Counted from the stretch's first letter, positions 37,329-50,096 are shown. The stretch: DNA of 64,000 nucleotides from Octopus sinensis (GCF_006345805.1 NC_043022.1:4960001-5024000), one strand, 5' to 3'. Notes: generated by a model not told the origin, from the sequence alone. Made by a program: numbers and translations.

Positions 37329-40300
37329 ACTTCCAATCTAAAAAATCAAAATTTAAAATATAAAAATAATAATTTTAAATATTAAAGTATAAATGAAAAA
37401 ATATAAGTATATAATCCATATATAACCTATATATAATCCATATCGAAAATATAGACAAATTACTACGAATTCCCTAAAAAAAACCATGATAAAACAAAAC
37501 TCTTAAAAACATATAACGATAAAATCTCCCTTTGCTAAACTCTAAAACAAACCTATATAGTAATCCCCCTAACCTAAACATTCACACACAAATACACACA
37601 CGTAAACCACAGACCCACGACTTATACACATACCTATACTAACTTATAAACCTCAATATACACCAAAACCCACTCCCTCCCCACACAGACAAATTAACAC
37701 ATGCATCCAAAAACCTAAATAACAAACCCATATACACATTCACACAAACACACACACACACGCAAAACACGCACACAAACAGATACATATACTCCCTCAC
37801 ATATACGCATATACATACTCACTAAACTCGACATATACAACAATACTTACACCACCCACAAAAAATCATTAAATACAGTTATGAGCTTTAACTCACCTTA
37901 GCAGCTCTACAAACAACTTGCAGTAACCCAATCCCATTCTCTATGCCTACCTCACTACTACACTATTCCATTCCCAATTCCAAGCAACGCTAGTCCACCA
38001 CCCGGTTATTCACGTGGCAAAACGAACACACTCAAAAATTATGAATGAAAAATGTAAAAAAATAACCAACATCGAAAATAGACAAATTACCACGAATTAC
38101 CTAAAAAAAACCCATAAAAACCAAAACTCATAAAAGCATATAACGATAAAATCTCCCTTTGCTAAACCCTATAACAAACTTATATAGAAATCCCCCTAAC
38201 TAAACATTCACACACAAATACACACACGTAACCACAGACCCAAGACTTATACACAAACCTATACTAACTTATAAACCTCAAAAACACACCAAAACCCACT
38301 CCCTCCCACACAGACAAATTAACACATACATCCCAAAACCTAATAACAAACCCAAATACACATTCAACACAAAAACACACACACACGCAAAACACACACA
38401 CACAACAGATACATATACTCCCTCACATATACGCATATACATACTCACTAAACTCGATATATACAACAATATTTACACACCCACACTCATACAGATAAAT
38501 AAATTAATTATACAACTAAAAACTCACAACCAATCTCATATACATAAACACTCCTATGAAAACAACATTAAATACTTCGTAATTAACCAGAATATCAAAA
38601 ATAACAATATGACATAAGGATAAATCAAATACATACTTACAATTCAGTTACAAATTATGAAGTGAAATTAAATTCTTAGCCGTTAAAAAACCAAACAAAA
38701 ATTACGTTACCATAGAAATAACTTATTTAAAAAAAGAATACGCGCCATAGAAAGTAAACGTCATTCAAAATATGAATGGAGAAATATAATAAATGGAACT
38801 AAAAACTATATCCACGTAGCAAACCAACGCTACTTAAAAAAATTTATTATGAATGGATTCTTTAAAAACTACCATGAAAATCATTATATACATTTATGAG
38901 CTTTAGCTCACCCTAGCAGCTCTAACAAACAACTTACAGTAACCCATAACTATTCTCGATGCATACCTCACTACCACACTAATCCATTCACAATTCCAAG
39001 CAACGCTAGTCCACCACCCGGTTACAATTCCCAACTCCACCCATTCATTCACAATTTAAACGACGTTCCCTTCCACAACGCTACATATAAGCCTAAATTT
39101 TTTTAAGTAGCGTTGGTTTGCTACGTGGATATAGTTTTTAGTTCCATTTATTATATTTCTCCATTCATATTTTGAATGACGTTTACTTTCTATGGCGCGT
39201 ATTCTTTTTTTAAATAAGTTATTTCTATGGTAACGTAATTTTTGTTTGGTTTTTTAACGGCTAAGAATTTAATTTCACTTCATAATTTGTAACTGAATTG
39301 TAAGTATGTATTTGATTTATCCTTATGTCATATTGTTATTTTTGATATTCTGGTTAATTACGAAGTATTTAATGTTGTTTTCATAGGAGTGTTTATGTAT
39401 ATGAGATTGGTTGTGAGTTTTTAGTTGTATAATTAATTATTTATCTGTATGAGTGTGGGTGTGTAAATATTGTTGTATATATCGAGTTTAGTGAGTATGT
39501 ATATGCGTATATGTGAGGGAGTATATGTATCTGTTGTGTGTGTGTGTTTTGCGTGTGTGTGTGTTTGTGTGTGAATGTGTATTTGGGTTTGTTATTTAGG
39601 TTTTGGGATGTATGTGTTAATTTGTCTGTGTGGGGAGGGAGTGGGTTTTGGTGTATTTTGAGGTTTATAAGTTAGTATAGGTTGTGTATAAGTCTTGGGT
39701 CTGTGGGTTACGTGTGTGTGTGTTTGTGTGTGAATGTTTAGGTTAGGGGGATTGCTATATAAGTTGTTATAGGGTTTAGCAAAGGGAGATTTTATCGTTA
39801 TATGCTTTTATGAGTTTGGTTTATCATGGTTTTTTTTAGGTAATTCGTGGTAATTTGTCTATTTTCGATGTTGGTTATTTTTTTACATTGTTTCATTCAT
39901 AATTTTTGAGTGGTGTTCGTTTTGCCACGTGAATAACCGGGTGGTGGACTAGCGTTGCTTGGAATTGTGAATGGAATAGTGTAGTAGTGAGGTAGGCATA
40001 GAGAATGGGATTGGGTTACTGCAAGTTGTTTGTTAGAGCTGCTAAGGTGAGTTAAAGCTCATAAATGTATTTAATGATTTTTGTGGGTGTGTAGTATTGT
40101 TGTATATGTCGAGTTTAGTGAGTATGTATATGCGTATATGTGAGGGAGTATATGTATCTGTTGTGTGTGCGTGTTTTGCGTGTGTGTTTGTGTGTGAATG
40201 TGTATATGGGTTTGTTATTTAGGTTTTGGGATGTATGTGTTATTTGTCTGTGTGGGGAGGGAGTGGGTTTTGGTGTATATTGAGGTTTATAAGTTAGTAT

Positions 40301-40611
40301 AGGTATGTGTATAAGTCGTGGGTCTGTGGTTTACGTGTGTGTATTTGTGTGTGAATGTTTAGGTTAGGGGGATTACTATATAGGTTTGTTTTAGAGTTTA
40401 GCAAAGGGAGATTTTATCGTTATATGTTTTTAAGAGTTTTGTTTTATCATGGTTTTTTTTTAGGGAAGGAAGTAGTAATTTGTCTATATTTTCGATATGG
40501 ATTATATATAGGTTATATATGGATTATATACTTATATTTTTTCATTTATACTTTAATTATTTAAAATTATTATTTTTATATTTTAAAATTTTGATTTTTT
40601 AGATTGGAAGT

Positions 40612-40654
40612 CCACCTGAAGATTGTCGATCAAGACAAGAAACAATTTGTAGTG
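40612..40654 (+). ncRNA. Hammerhead ribozyme motif, right palindrome arm
   Basis: CAC-CUGAAGA-UUGUC(GAUCAA)GACAA-GAAACAA-U-UUGUA-GUG: canonical core, 5-bp stem II, GUA cleavage triplet. Confidence 0.65.
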
Positions 40655-40829
40655 CGGTTTTTTTTGACTATTTATTAAAATTTTATGTATTGATTAAGTC
40701 TTTCCTTGTTTGTTTTGCAAAATAGTGGTTTTGTCTCTAATAATATTTTATAATATTTTACTATAAAATTGGATTTAATCCTAATCTGATTTTTTTCCCT
40801 GTAAATTTGGATTTATTCCCTAATATTTA

Positions 40830-40873
<44 letters not shown>

Positions 40874-41094
40874 TTGTCCCTCTGCCATTGCCTGACAACT
40901 GATATTGGTGTGTTTATAACTGAGTGGTTTGGCAAAAGAGACTGATAAAATAAGTACTAGGCTTACAAACAATAAGTTCTGGGGTGGATTTGCTTGACTA
41001 AAGGCAGTGCTCCAGCATGGCTGCAGTCAAATGGCTGAAACAAGTAAAAGATTAAAAGAATAAAAGAATATATGTGTACATGTCTATAGATAGA

Positions 41095-42273
41095 TACCTA
41101 TTTCTTTACTACCCACAAGGGGCTAAACACAGAGAGGACAAACAAGGACAGATAAATGGATTAAGTCGATTATACCGACCCCAGTGTGTAACTGGTACTT
41201 ATTTAATCGACCCCGAAAGGATGAAAGGCAAAGTCGACCTCAGCGGAATTTGAACTCAGAATGTAACGGCAGACGAAATACCTATTTCTTTACTACCCAC
41301 AAGGGGCTAAACACAGAGAGGACAAACAAGGACAGACAAACGGATTAAGTCGATTATACCGACCCCAGTATGTAACTGGTACTTATTTAATCAACCCCGA
41401 AAGGATGAAAGGCAAAGTCGACCTCAGCGGAATTTGAACTTAGAGCGTAAAGGCAAACAAACCTAACCCTAAATACCTATTTCTTTACTACCCACAGGGG
41501 CTAAACACAGAGAGGACAAACAAGGACAGACAAACGGATTAAGTCGATTATACCGACCCCAGGTGTAACACTGGTACTTATTAATCGACCCCGAAAGGAT
41601 GAAAGGCAAAGTTGACCTCAGCGGAATTTGAACTCAGAATGTAACGGCAGACGAAATACCTATTTCTTTACTACCCACAAGGGGCTAAACACAGAGAGGA
41701 CAAACAAGGACAGACAAACGGATTAAGTCGATTATACCGACCCCAGTATGTAACTGGTACTTATTTAATCAACCCCGAAAGGATGAAAGGCAAAGTCGAC
41801 CTCAGCGGAATTTGAACTTAGAGCGTAAAGGCAAACAAACCCTAACCCTAAATACCTATTTCTTTACTACCCACAAGGGGCTAAACACAGAGAGGACAAA
41901 CAAGGACAGACAAACGGATTAAGTCGATTATACCGACCCCAGTGTGTAACTGGTACTTATTTAATCGACCCCGAAAGGATGAAAGGCAAAGTCGACCTCA
42001 GCGGAATTTGAACTCAGAATGTAACGGCAGACGAAATACCTATTTCTTTACTACCCACAAGGGGCTAAACACAGAGAGGACAAACAAGGACAGACAAACG
42101 GATTAAGTCGATTATACCGACCCCAGTGTGTAACTGGTACTTATTTAATCGACCCCGAAAGGATGAAAGGCAAAGTCGACCTCGGCGGAATTTGAACTCA
42201 GAACATAACGGCAGACGAAATACGGCTACGCATTTCGCCTGGCGTGCTAACGGTTCCGCCAGCTCGCCGCCTT
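41095..42273 (-). repeat. Six-unit tandem array of SINE family B (five head-less units plus one full unit)
   Basis: Units start at 41095, 41279, 41474, 41657, 41853 and 42037 (lengths 184/195/183/196/184/237). Confidence 0.92.
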
Positions 42274-42700
42274 TTAGATATCTGTGTTTGAGACGCCAGA
42301 GCGCCTGTAATATAGAACGCATACAATGAAATATGAAGACGGCTTCATGATAGATCGATATGTACCTGAATGTTTACACAAACACATATGCACACGCACT
42401 TACGCATATGCACACGCACATATACAAACTAACAGCTGCTCTTCATACACATATGCACACATGCATATAAGCTTGTGCATACGCATGCAAGTACAGATCT
42501 ACTCTCTCACACTCACACATGTATACATATACATACACACATGCATACACTCGCATATGCACACGTATAGATATATATGTGTATGTCTCCCTCACTTTCC
42601 TTGCTGTCTCTTGTTTTCTGTATATGTCTATCTATACGTATATCTGTGTGTGCGTGCATGTGTATATGTGTGTGTTTGTGTGTGTGAGCTTGCGTTCATA

Positions 42701-42911
42701 TACTCTTTTACTCTTTTACTTGTTTCAGTCATTTGACTGTGGCCATGCTGGAGCACCGCCTTTAATCGAACAACTCGACCCCGGGACTTATTCTTTGTAA
42801 GCCCAGTACTTATTCTATCGGTCTCTTTTGCCGAACCGCTAAGTAACGGGGACATAAACACACCAGCATCGATTGTCAAGCAATGGTACGGGGACAAACA
42901 CAGACACACAA

Positions 42912-42946
<35 letters not shown>

Positions 42947-43003
42947 AATATTTAAAAATTGAGGGAGATAAATTAATATCTAGCAGGCCAGCCCTGCCAA
43001 TAT

Positions 43004-43044
<41 letters not shown>

Positions 43045-43219
43045 CATACATATATACGACGGGCTTCTTTCAGTTTCCGTCTACCAAATCCACTCACAAG
43101 GCTTTGGTCGGCCCGAGGCTATAGTAAAAGACACTTGCCCAAGGTGCCATGCAGTGGGACTGAACCTGGAACTATGTGGTTGGTAAACAAGCTACTTACC
43201 ACACAGCCACTCCTGCCCC
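42701..43219 (-). mobile_element. SINE family A with an extra insert in the central microsatellite
   Basis: Head at ~43215, tail at ~42705; AAATATTTAAAAATTGAGGGAGATAAATTAATATCTAGCAGGCCAGCCC insert at ~42927-42980. Confidence 0.85.
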
Positions 43220-43760
43220 TATATATATTCTTCATATATATATATTCTTTTATTTTTTTACAAGTTTCAGTTATTTGACTGCAGCCATGCTGGAGCACTG
43301 CCTTTATTCAAACAAATCGATCCCAGGACTTATTCTTTGTAAGCCTAGGACTTATTCTATCGGTCTCTTTTGCTGAGCTGCTAAGTTATAGGGATCTAAA
43401 CACATCAACATCGGTTGTCAAATGATGGTGGGAGGACAAAGACGGACACAAAGAAACAGACATACACATATATATGTATGTATGTGTATATATATATATA
43501 TACATATATATATATCTATATATATATATATATACATATATATATACACACACTCATATATATATATATATGCATATATATATATACATACACACATATA
43601 TATAAATACATATATACATATATATATACATACACATATATATATACACACACATATACACACAGACACACACACACACACAGACACACACACATAGTTA
43701 ATCCAAACATGAGCAAGCAAGAAAAAACAACAATGCAAGAACATGGAAAGAAAAGAAAGG

Positions 43761-43795
43761 ATTTCATGTTTCGAGCGGAGCTCTTCGTCAGAAAT
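43761..43795 (-). ncRNA. Decayed hammerhead motif, same family as 37021-37055
   Basis: Reverse complement AUUU-CUGACGA-A-GAG(CUCCG)CUC-GAAA-CAU-G-AAAU; canonical core, but stem III and the cleavage site are mutated. Confidence 0.5.
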
Positions 43796-43924
43796 ATATT
43801 TTATATTAACATCTAGCAAGAAAGACACTCTGTCTCTCTCATGACTGTGTGGTAAGAATTTTGCTCGGAAGGAACTTGTGTAGCATATGATCATCACATT
43901 GACCACGACAGAAGAAGCTGTCAT

Positions 43925-44588
43925 GGCAATACCTGCTCATAGGCCTATGCACAGTTGCAGAAAGTGTATGGAGAGGAGTCTATGAGCTGTACACAAGTAT
44001 ACTAGTGGTTCAGACGTTTCCAAGATGGCCAAAAACTATTTTGATATCAACAAACTTTTTGGGAGACCCACAACCAGCAGAACTGAGAAAAACCTCACAG
44101 ATGTGCTTGCAGATGTGAGGGGGAAGTCGTTGAATCACCATCCATGAGTCACCAGAGGATGTTCAGATTAGTTAGAGTTCAGTTCAGTCCATTATTACTG
44201 AAGATTTGGGTATGAGATGTGTGTCTGCCAAGTTGTGCCAAAACTTCTTTAAAAAAGACACATGGGTTTCAGTTACACAAGATCTCCTTGATTGTGTCGA
44301 GAACAATGAAAACTTTTTGAAAAACTTTGCATAGGCCTCTGAGTGGGTATCGCCAAGCTTTTAGCAAAATTTGATTCAGATTCTCTGCTCAACTTTCTAT
44401 TATGGTCAGTGCGATGAACACATAACTGCCAAGCACTGCTGTAAACAGCAGAGGTGAGCTAGAATGTTAAAACTTAGTGCGTATGCACAGCAGAGTTGAA
44501 GGTCAATCTCTGCCTAGTGGCTTTACTCTGCGTGCTTTAGCTTTGTTACTATGGCAACAGTCCAGATACTTACTGATTAGACCTCATA
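43925..44588. mobile_element. Third mariner relic: plus-strand transposase fragment fused tail-to-tail to a minus-strand 5' end
   Basis: Plus: AYAQLQKVYGEESMSCTQVY*WFRRFQDG...GRPTTSRTE. Minus: TIR TATGAGGTCTAATCAGTAAGTATCTGGAC at 44588, then KVEQRI*IKFC*KLGDTHSEAY. Confidence 0.78.
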
Positions 44589-44598
44589 TAAATATATA

Positions 44599-45112
44599 TC
44601 TATATACATAAAACTGTAGTTGTGTGAGTGTCTGTCTCCTTCGATTTAGATTCCTAACTACTCCCACATTTTGAGGTGCAGTTTAACCAAATTCGGGTAT
44701 CTTATAGTCGTGATTCATATCGAGCCCGTCTGAGTATTACCGCGCGTCTACGATGAGTCTACGATTTTAAAAATAATTTAACATCATTTTTTATTTCATT
44801 TTAATGCATAATTTTTCGTGTGTCGATGGCGGCGGAGTTGGCGTCCATGGTCACACCTGCACCTGTGTTGCTTCTCCCCCTTCTTCCCTCCCTCGTGAAG
44901 CTGTGGGGAAGGGAGTGTAAGGAAATCAACGTCGTAAAGCGTTGTCAAGGAGACCAGCGTTCTTTTAGAACAACGACTTCATGGCTTGAAGACACCAAAA
45001 CAGAAATGGCTAAGAAAGCCCGAATTGGCATCTATAAGGGAAGTAACTCTCTAAAAATGCTTATATAGTTATTTCCCTTACAAACCCGAGCAACGCCGGG
45101 CGATACTGCTAG
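44599..45112 (+). mobile_element. Non-autonomous Helitron
   Basis: A|TCTATATACATAAAACTG start; CCCGAGCAACGCCGGG hairpin and CGATACTGCTAG|T end; the last ~70 bp are shared with the 7077-7454 Helitron. Confidence 0.88.
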
Positions 45113-46105
45113 TATATATATATAGAAGAATGTAAAAGAAGAGAAAATAGTTCCTGACAATGTGGAAAGTTAAATATTTTGGGCTCAAAGTCCCATCTTC
45201 AGAAGAATGGAACAGTCTAAGAAAAGTCCAGTTATGTAGGATCTGTTGATCAATTCAAACTTTTCTATGACTGTTTTTTGCTTATGAATATGGGACTTTG
45301 AAACCAAAATATAAAGGTTTCAATAAGCTTTCTACATTTTCAGAAACTGCTTATTTTCTCTCGTTTTACATTCTTTGTTATTACAATGATTCAAGCAAAC
45401 TACAACATTCATATAAATATGTGTGTGTGTGTGTGTGTGTGTGTGTTTGTCCCTCACCACCACTTGACAACCCATGTTGGTGTGTTTACATCTGTAATTT
45501 TGCAGTTAGACAAAAGACACCAACAGAATAGGTACTGGGGTCGATTTCTTTGACTAAAATTCTTCAGGGCGGTGCCCCAGTATGGCTACAATCTAACGAC
45601 TGAATCAAGTGGAAAAATTCTTGAGTTCAAATCTTACCAATACCCTCCAGGGTCAATAAAATAAAGTACCAGTGAAGTACAAGGGTTGATCTCATTTACT
45701 GTACTTTCCAGTATGTCCTTTTTTTAAAGAGGATAAGCTGTGATTTCAGTGAGATTTGGTTGCTATTTCTGGCAAGCTGAGTGACTATGAAGTGTCACCC
45801 CCATATCCCTAAAGATGTTAGTTCTAATGCAGCAGCCCCTGACACCTGACTTGCTAGAGATAGTAATTAAGTGTCCTTCAAATTGTACTCTACTGTTTTT
45901 AGAAAAATAGAGGAAGAATACATTGCTCGTTGTTGTTCTTAGATGGGATGGTCATGGCTGGAATATGTTTTGATCATTGAGCGACTTCTTCAGGACTGAT
46001 CTGGCTCTAGTTTAAACAACAATGGTTGCAGCAAAAACAACAATAACAGCTGCAACTACAACGACAACAACACCACCACCACCACCATCAACAACACCGC
46101 TGCCG

Positions 46106-46136
<31 letters not shown>

Positions 46137-46699
46137 ATCAATAATTTCTCACCCTGAGAGAAACGTGTAAAGGCATTCACTTGGACCAAAATGCAAGGAA
46201 CCAATGAAAAGCATTGGTTGTTGTGTTATTGACCAATGGCCTGCAGCGGTCATACGGCAGACAGCGTGACCTTATCAACACCACCACCAATGAATGGCTA
46301 TAGTAACGTCAGAAGGAAATATGGGATACGGAATATGTCAATGGACCTGATTCACGTGTTCAGTTACGCCTTGATGCAGTCAACCGTGAAGAACTCAATG
46401 AATTAATTCGACCAGAAATAGAAACTGGATGTCCTTCACCTGCACTGTTTGATGGTCTATTTATATAATTAAAGTAGTGGGTGTGAGTATGGATGGGTGG
46501 TTAAGCTGTGTACTTTGTTGCCATGTCGTTATGAGTTCGATCCCTGTTTCCGGCACACGGGGGAAGACTTACTTCTTTCCACCAAAGCTTTGGCGAATGA
46601 GCATGTCTAGGAAACTTTTACAATAATTTTGTTAATACACAGATGGAGACCAATCAATTTGGACATTAATGGATAGCATTCTGAGCCATATTCCTACTT

Positions 46700-47108
46700 T
46701 CTTTTATTCTTTTATTTGTTTCAGTCATTTGACTGCAGCCATGCTGAAACACTGCCTTTACTCGAACAAATCGACTCCTAGACTTATTCCTTGTAAGCCT
46801 AGTACTTATTCTATTGGTCTCTTTTTGTCGAGCCGCCAAGTTATGGGGGATGTAAATATACCAACATTGGTTGTCAAGCAATGCTAGGGGGACAAACACA
46901 CAAACATACACACACACAAACATACACACACACACACACAACACACATAAGATGGGCTTCTTTCAGTTTCCATCTACCAAATCCACTTACAAGGCTTTGG
47001 TCAACCCAAGGCTATAGTAGAAGATACTTGCCCAAGGTGCCATGTGGTGGGACCGAACCCAGAACCATGTGGTCAGTAAGCAATCTTCTTACCACTCAGC
47101 CACTCTTG
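46700..47108 (-). mobile_element. SINE family A, older and diverged copy
   Basis: Same layout with more substitutions. Confidence 0.82.
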
Positions 47109-47809
47109 AGAACTATTTTTATAACAATGGCCAGAACAGAAATAATCTGGGACATAACTCCATATACTGTACACTTTAGAAAATCTAATGTTAAAGTATA
47201 TTATTATATTCTAAAATATAATTAAATTCTTAATTAATTCTAATATGGTCTTCATTTCTTCTTCTATTCCTTTCTATTCGTCCACTTTTTTGGATTAATA
47301 TCAATTTATATAATGCAAATTACTCACTCCTGTCATCTGTAGTGACTGTAGTCATTGAGTATATAAACGGATTGTCTCTGATGAGAGGTCAATAAGGCTC
47401 AAAAATTGATTATGGCTGTACATCATTTTTACAGTCTCTGAGAAAATACCTAAAACAGCCCTGTTTATATATCTACTGTATAGGTTACACACACACCTCT
47501 CTCTCTCTCTCACACACACATCTATAATATATGTGTGTGTTTACAAAGTTCCTAGATAGATTTTTAAGAAACCTTTTTAGTTATTAGTAGCTATGCACAG
47601 CACTATTTCAACCTTGCTTAGAATCATCAGCATCACATAACCCCAGCAAGATAGTGGATATATATATATATATGTATGTATGTATGTGTATATATATATA
47701 TATGTATGTATGTATGTGTATATATATATGTATGTATGTGTATAATATATGTATGTATGTGTATATATATATATATATCTATTTATATATATATGTATAA
47801 GTATATAAA

Positions 47810-47870
<61 letters not shown>

Positions 47871-47949
47871 GTGTGTGTATGTATGTGTGTATATATATAT
47901 ATTGATAGATAGATATGGCTAGTCTATGGGGTTACTGTGGGTTTCACGT

Positions 47950-48330
47950 CTAAAAAGTTTCTTCAGATCCTAAAACCTGTTGGCCTGTGGCCTCTCTAGC
48001 AAATGGCCACTCTAGATGTTCCGTGCTGGAGATAAGGATGTTCCCTGGGTCAAGGGAGTCCTTTAATAGCCTCGTTTGATTGGCTATGCACAGTTTACAA
48101 TGCTTGGTCCCATTTATATAAGGGTCTTGATTTTCTAGGATCTTCCATGATGTTAAGTGTGGAATTTTGTCTTTCAACTGCCATACATGGCTGGTTAAGG
48201 ATGTAGCGTATCTCCTTTCCGGGATCCTGAAATAGTATCTTTGGTTGGAGAGGCACTGCTTGAATGTATTACCAGAACATCTTTGCACTTGGGTTGGCTT
48301 TAGTCCGCGAATATTATAAAGTCTGGAGGT
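47950..48330 (-). pseudogene. Penelope-like element GIY-YIG endonuclease C-terminal fragment
   Basis: TFKQCLSNQRYYF...RRYATSLTSHVWQLKDK...WKILENQDPY.NGTKHCKLC pattern. Confidence 0.75.
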
Positions 48331-48889
48331 ACGAGAGGTGAGTATATATCTATTTAACCATTTCACTTTCATAGGATTATGTCTGTTTTGTTACCTTCTT
48401 CATGCAGTATTGGTTTCAAATTTGGGACAAGGCCAGCAATTTTGGGTTGGAGGGATTAAGTTGATTACATTGACCCCAGTGTTTAACTGGTACTTTATTA
48501 AACCCAAAAGGACGAAAGGCAAAGTTGCATTTGGCTGAATTTGAACTCAGAGTGTAAAGGCTGACAACTCCTCATGTAGTGACTTGGGGAGTTTGTGTGT
48601 CTGTGTGTATGAGGGGGTGGGGTGCAAATCAGTTACCTCAACTCCAGTGCTTCGCTGGCACCTATTGACCCTGAAAGGATGAAAAGTAAAGTTGACTTCA
48701 GTGGAATTTGAACTCAGAATGTAAAGACAGATGAAATGTCACTAAGCATTTTGCTCGGTGTGCTAATGACTCTGCCAGCTTGCCACCATCTTTGAATTTT
48801 GGTGGTAGTGGTGGTGGTTGATTTCAAATTTTGGCACAAGGCCAGCAATTTCTGGGTAGGGTGTAATTTGATTGCATCAACATTAATGG

Positions 48890-49686
48890 AATTGTATCTT
48901 TGTGGTACCAGTGCCGGTGGCACACAAGAATACCATCCGAACGTGGCCGTAGCCAGTACCGCACTGACTGGCCTCCGTGCTGTGGGCACGTAACAAACAC
49001 CATCCGATCGTGGCCGTTCGCCAGCCTCATCTGGCACCTGTGTCGGTGGCACATAAAAACACCATCCGAAGACCCGGCAAGACTAGTCAGGCCATAACCT
49101 GTGGCCCCTACCTGGGACGTAGTCAGTCCACCTGTGCATACCTTCCTTCTTGTGACACTTGTGAAGACCTGTTGAGGCAAGTGAAAATCAAAACAAATCA
49201 AAATAGATGAACATCAATGGAATTGTATCTTTGTGGTACCAGTGCCGGTGGCACGTGGCACACAAGAAAACCATCCGAACGTGGCCGTAGCCAGTACCGC
49301 ATCGACTGGCCTCCGTGCTGTGGGCACGTAACAAACACCATCCGATCGCGGCCGTTTGCCAGCCTCATCTGGCACCTGTGTCGGTGGCACATAAAAACAC
49401 CATCCGAGCGTGGCCGTCTGCCAGCCTCGTCTGGCACCTGTGTCGGTGGCACATAAAAAACACCATCCGAGCGTGGCCGTTTGCCAGCCTCATCTGGCAC
49501 CTGTGTCGGTGGCACATAAAATCACCCACTACACTCTCGGAGTGGTTGGCGTTAGGAAGGGCATCCAGCTGTAGAAACACTGCCAGATCTGACTGGACTG
49601 GTGCAGCTTTCGGGCTCCCCAGACCCCAGTTGAACCGTCCAACCCATGCTAGCATGGAAAGCGGACGTTAAATGATGATGATGATG
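48890..49686 (+). mobile_element. Family C retroposon(s) with internal duplication and ~60-bp sub-repeats
   Basis: ATCAATGGAATTGTATCTTTGTGGTACCAGTGCCGG at ~48883 and ~49213; (GAT)n tail at 49672-49686. Confidence 0.8.
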
Positions 49687-49870
49687 AATTCCAATACATA
49701 ACTGGTACTTATTTTATTGGCTCTGAAAAGATGAAAGACAATGTCAACCATGGAAGAATTTGAACTCAGAGCATGGACAAAATGCCACTATGCACTTTAC
49801 TCCATGTCACATAAGTTCACCATCGCCAATTCACTGGGTTTTTTTCAATAAAATAGTTTTTAACTATTAA

Positions 49871-50096
49871 CCCTTTTGTTACCGTATTTCTGTTGAGATG
49901 CTCTGTGTTTCTTTCAATTCATTTTAAATATAATAAAGAATTTAGTAAAATAACTTCGTTATCATTAAGCTAGTGTTAGGAACATAAATTCTGACTGAGG
50001 TTTGGTGGAAGATTTTAATTCAAAACTTTTGAAAACAAGACATTTGTACTACAGAACCAGAGATGGTTTCAGCTGGGTTGGTATGAAAATGGTTTA
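49871..50096. mobile_element. piggyBac-type MITE, copy 1 (right end decayed)
   Basis: TTAA|CCCTTTTGTTACC start; matches 50192-50411. Confidence 0.75.

Larger units (their letters stand above)
37185..40752. repeat. 3.57-kb palindrome (arms 37185-38846 and 39094-40752, 247-bp spacer), probably PLE-derived
   Basis: The right arm is the reverse complement of the left along its length; arms are A/C-rich and G-poor on one strand, with internal ~410-bp direct repeats and HHR motifs at both outer ends. Confidence 0.88.

Noticed and set aside
38700-38846. Short open frame KLRYHRNNLFKKRIRAIESKRHSKYEWRNIINGTKNYIHVANQRYLKK in the palindrome arm
   Set aside because: It may be a PLE ORF remnant, but no motif is recognisable and it is too short to call.
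37185-40752. Mitochondrial control-region insertion (NUMT) as the origin of the G-poor palindrome
   Set aside because: No mitochondrial tRNA, rRNA or gene sequence recognised; HHR motifs and (CA)-rich repeats fit a PLE origin better. A BLAST to cephalopod mitogenomes would settle it.
41095-42273. CRISPR-like array
   Set aside because: Units are SINE bodies with no unique spacers, in a eukaryotic context with no cas genes.
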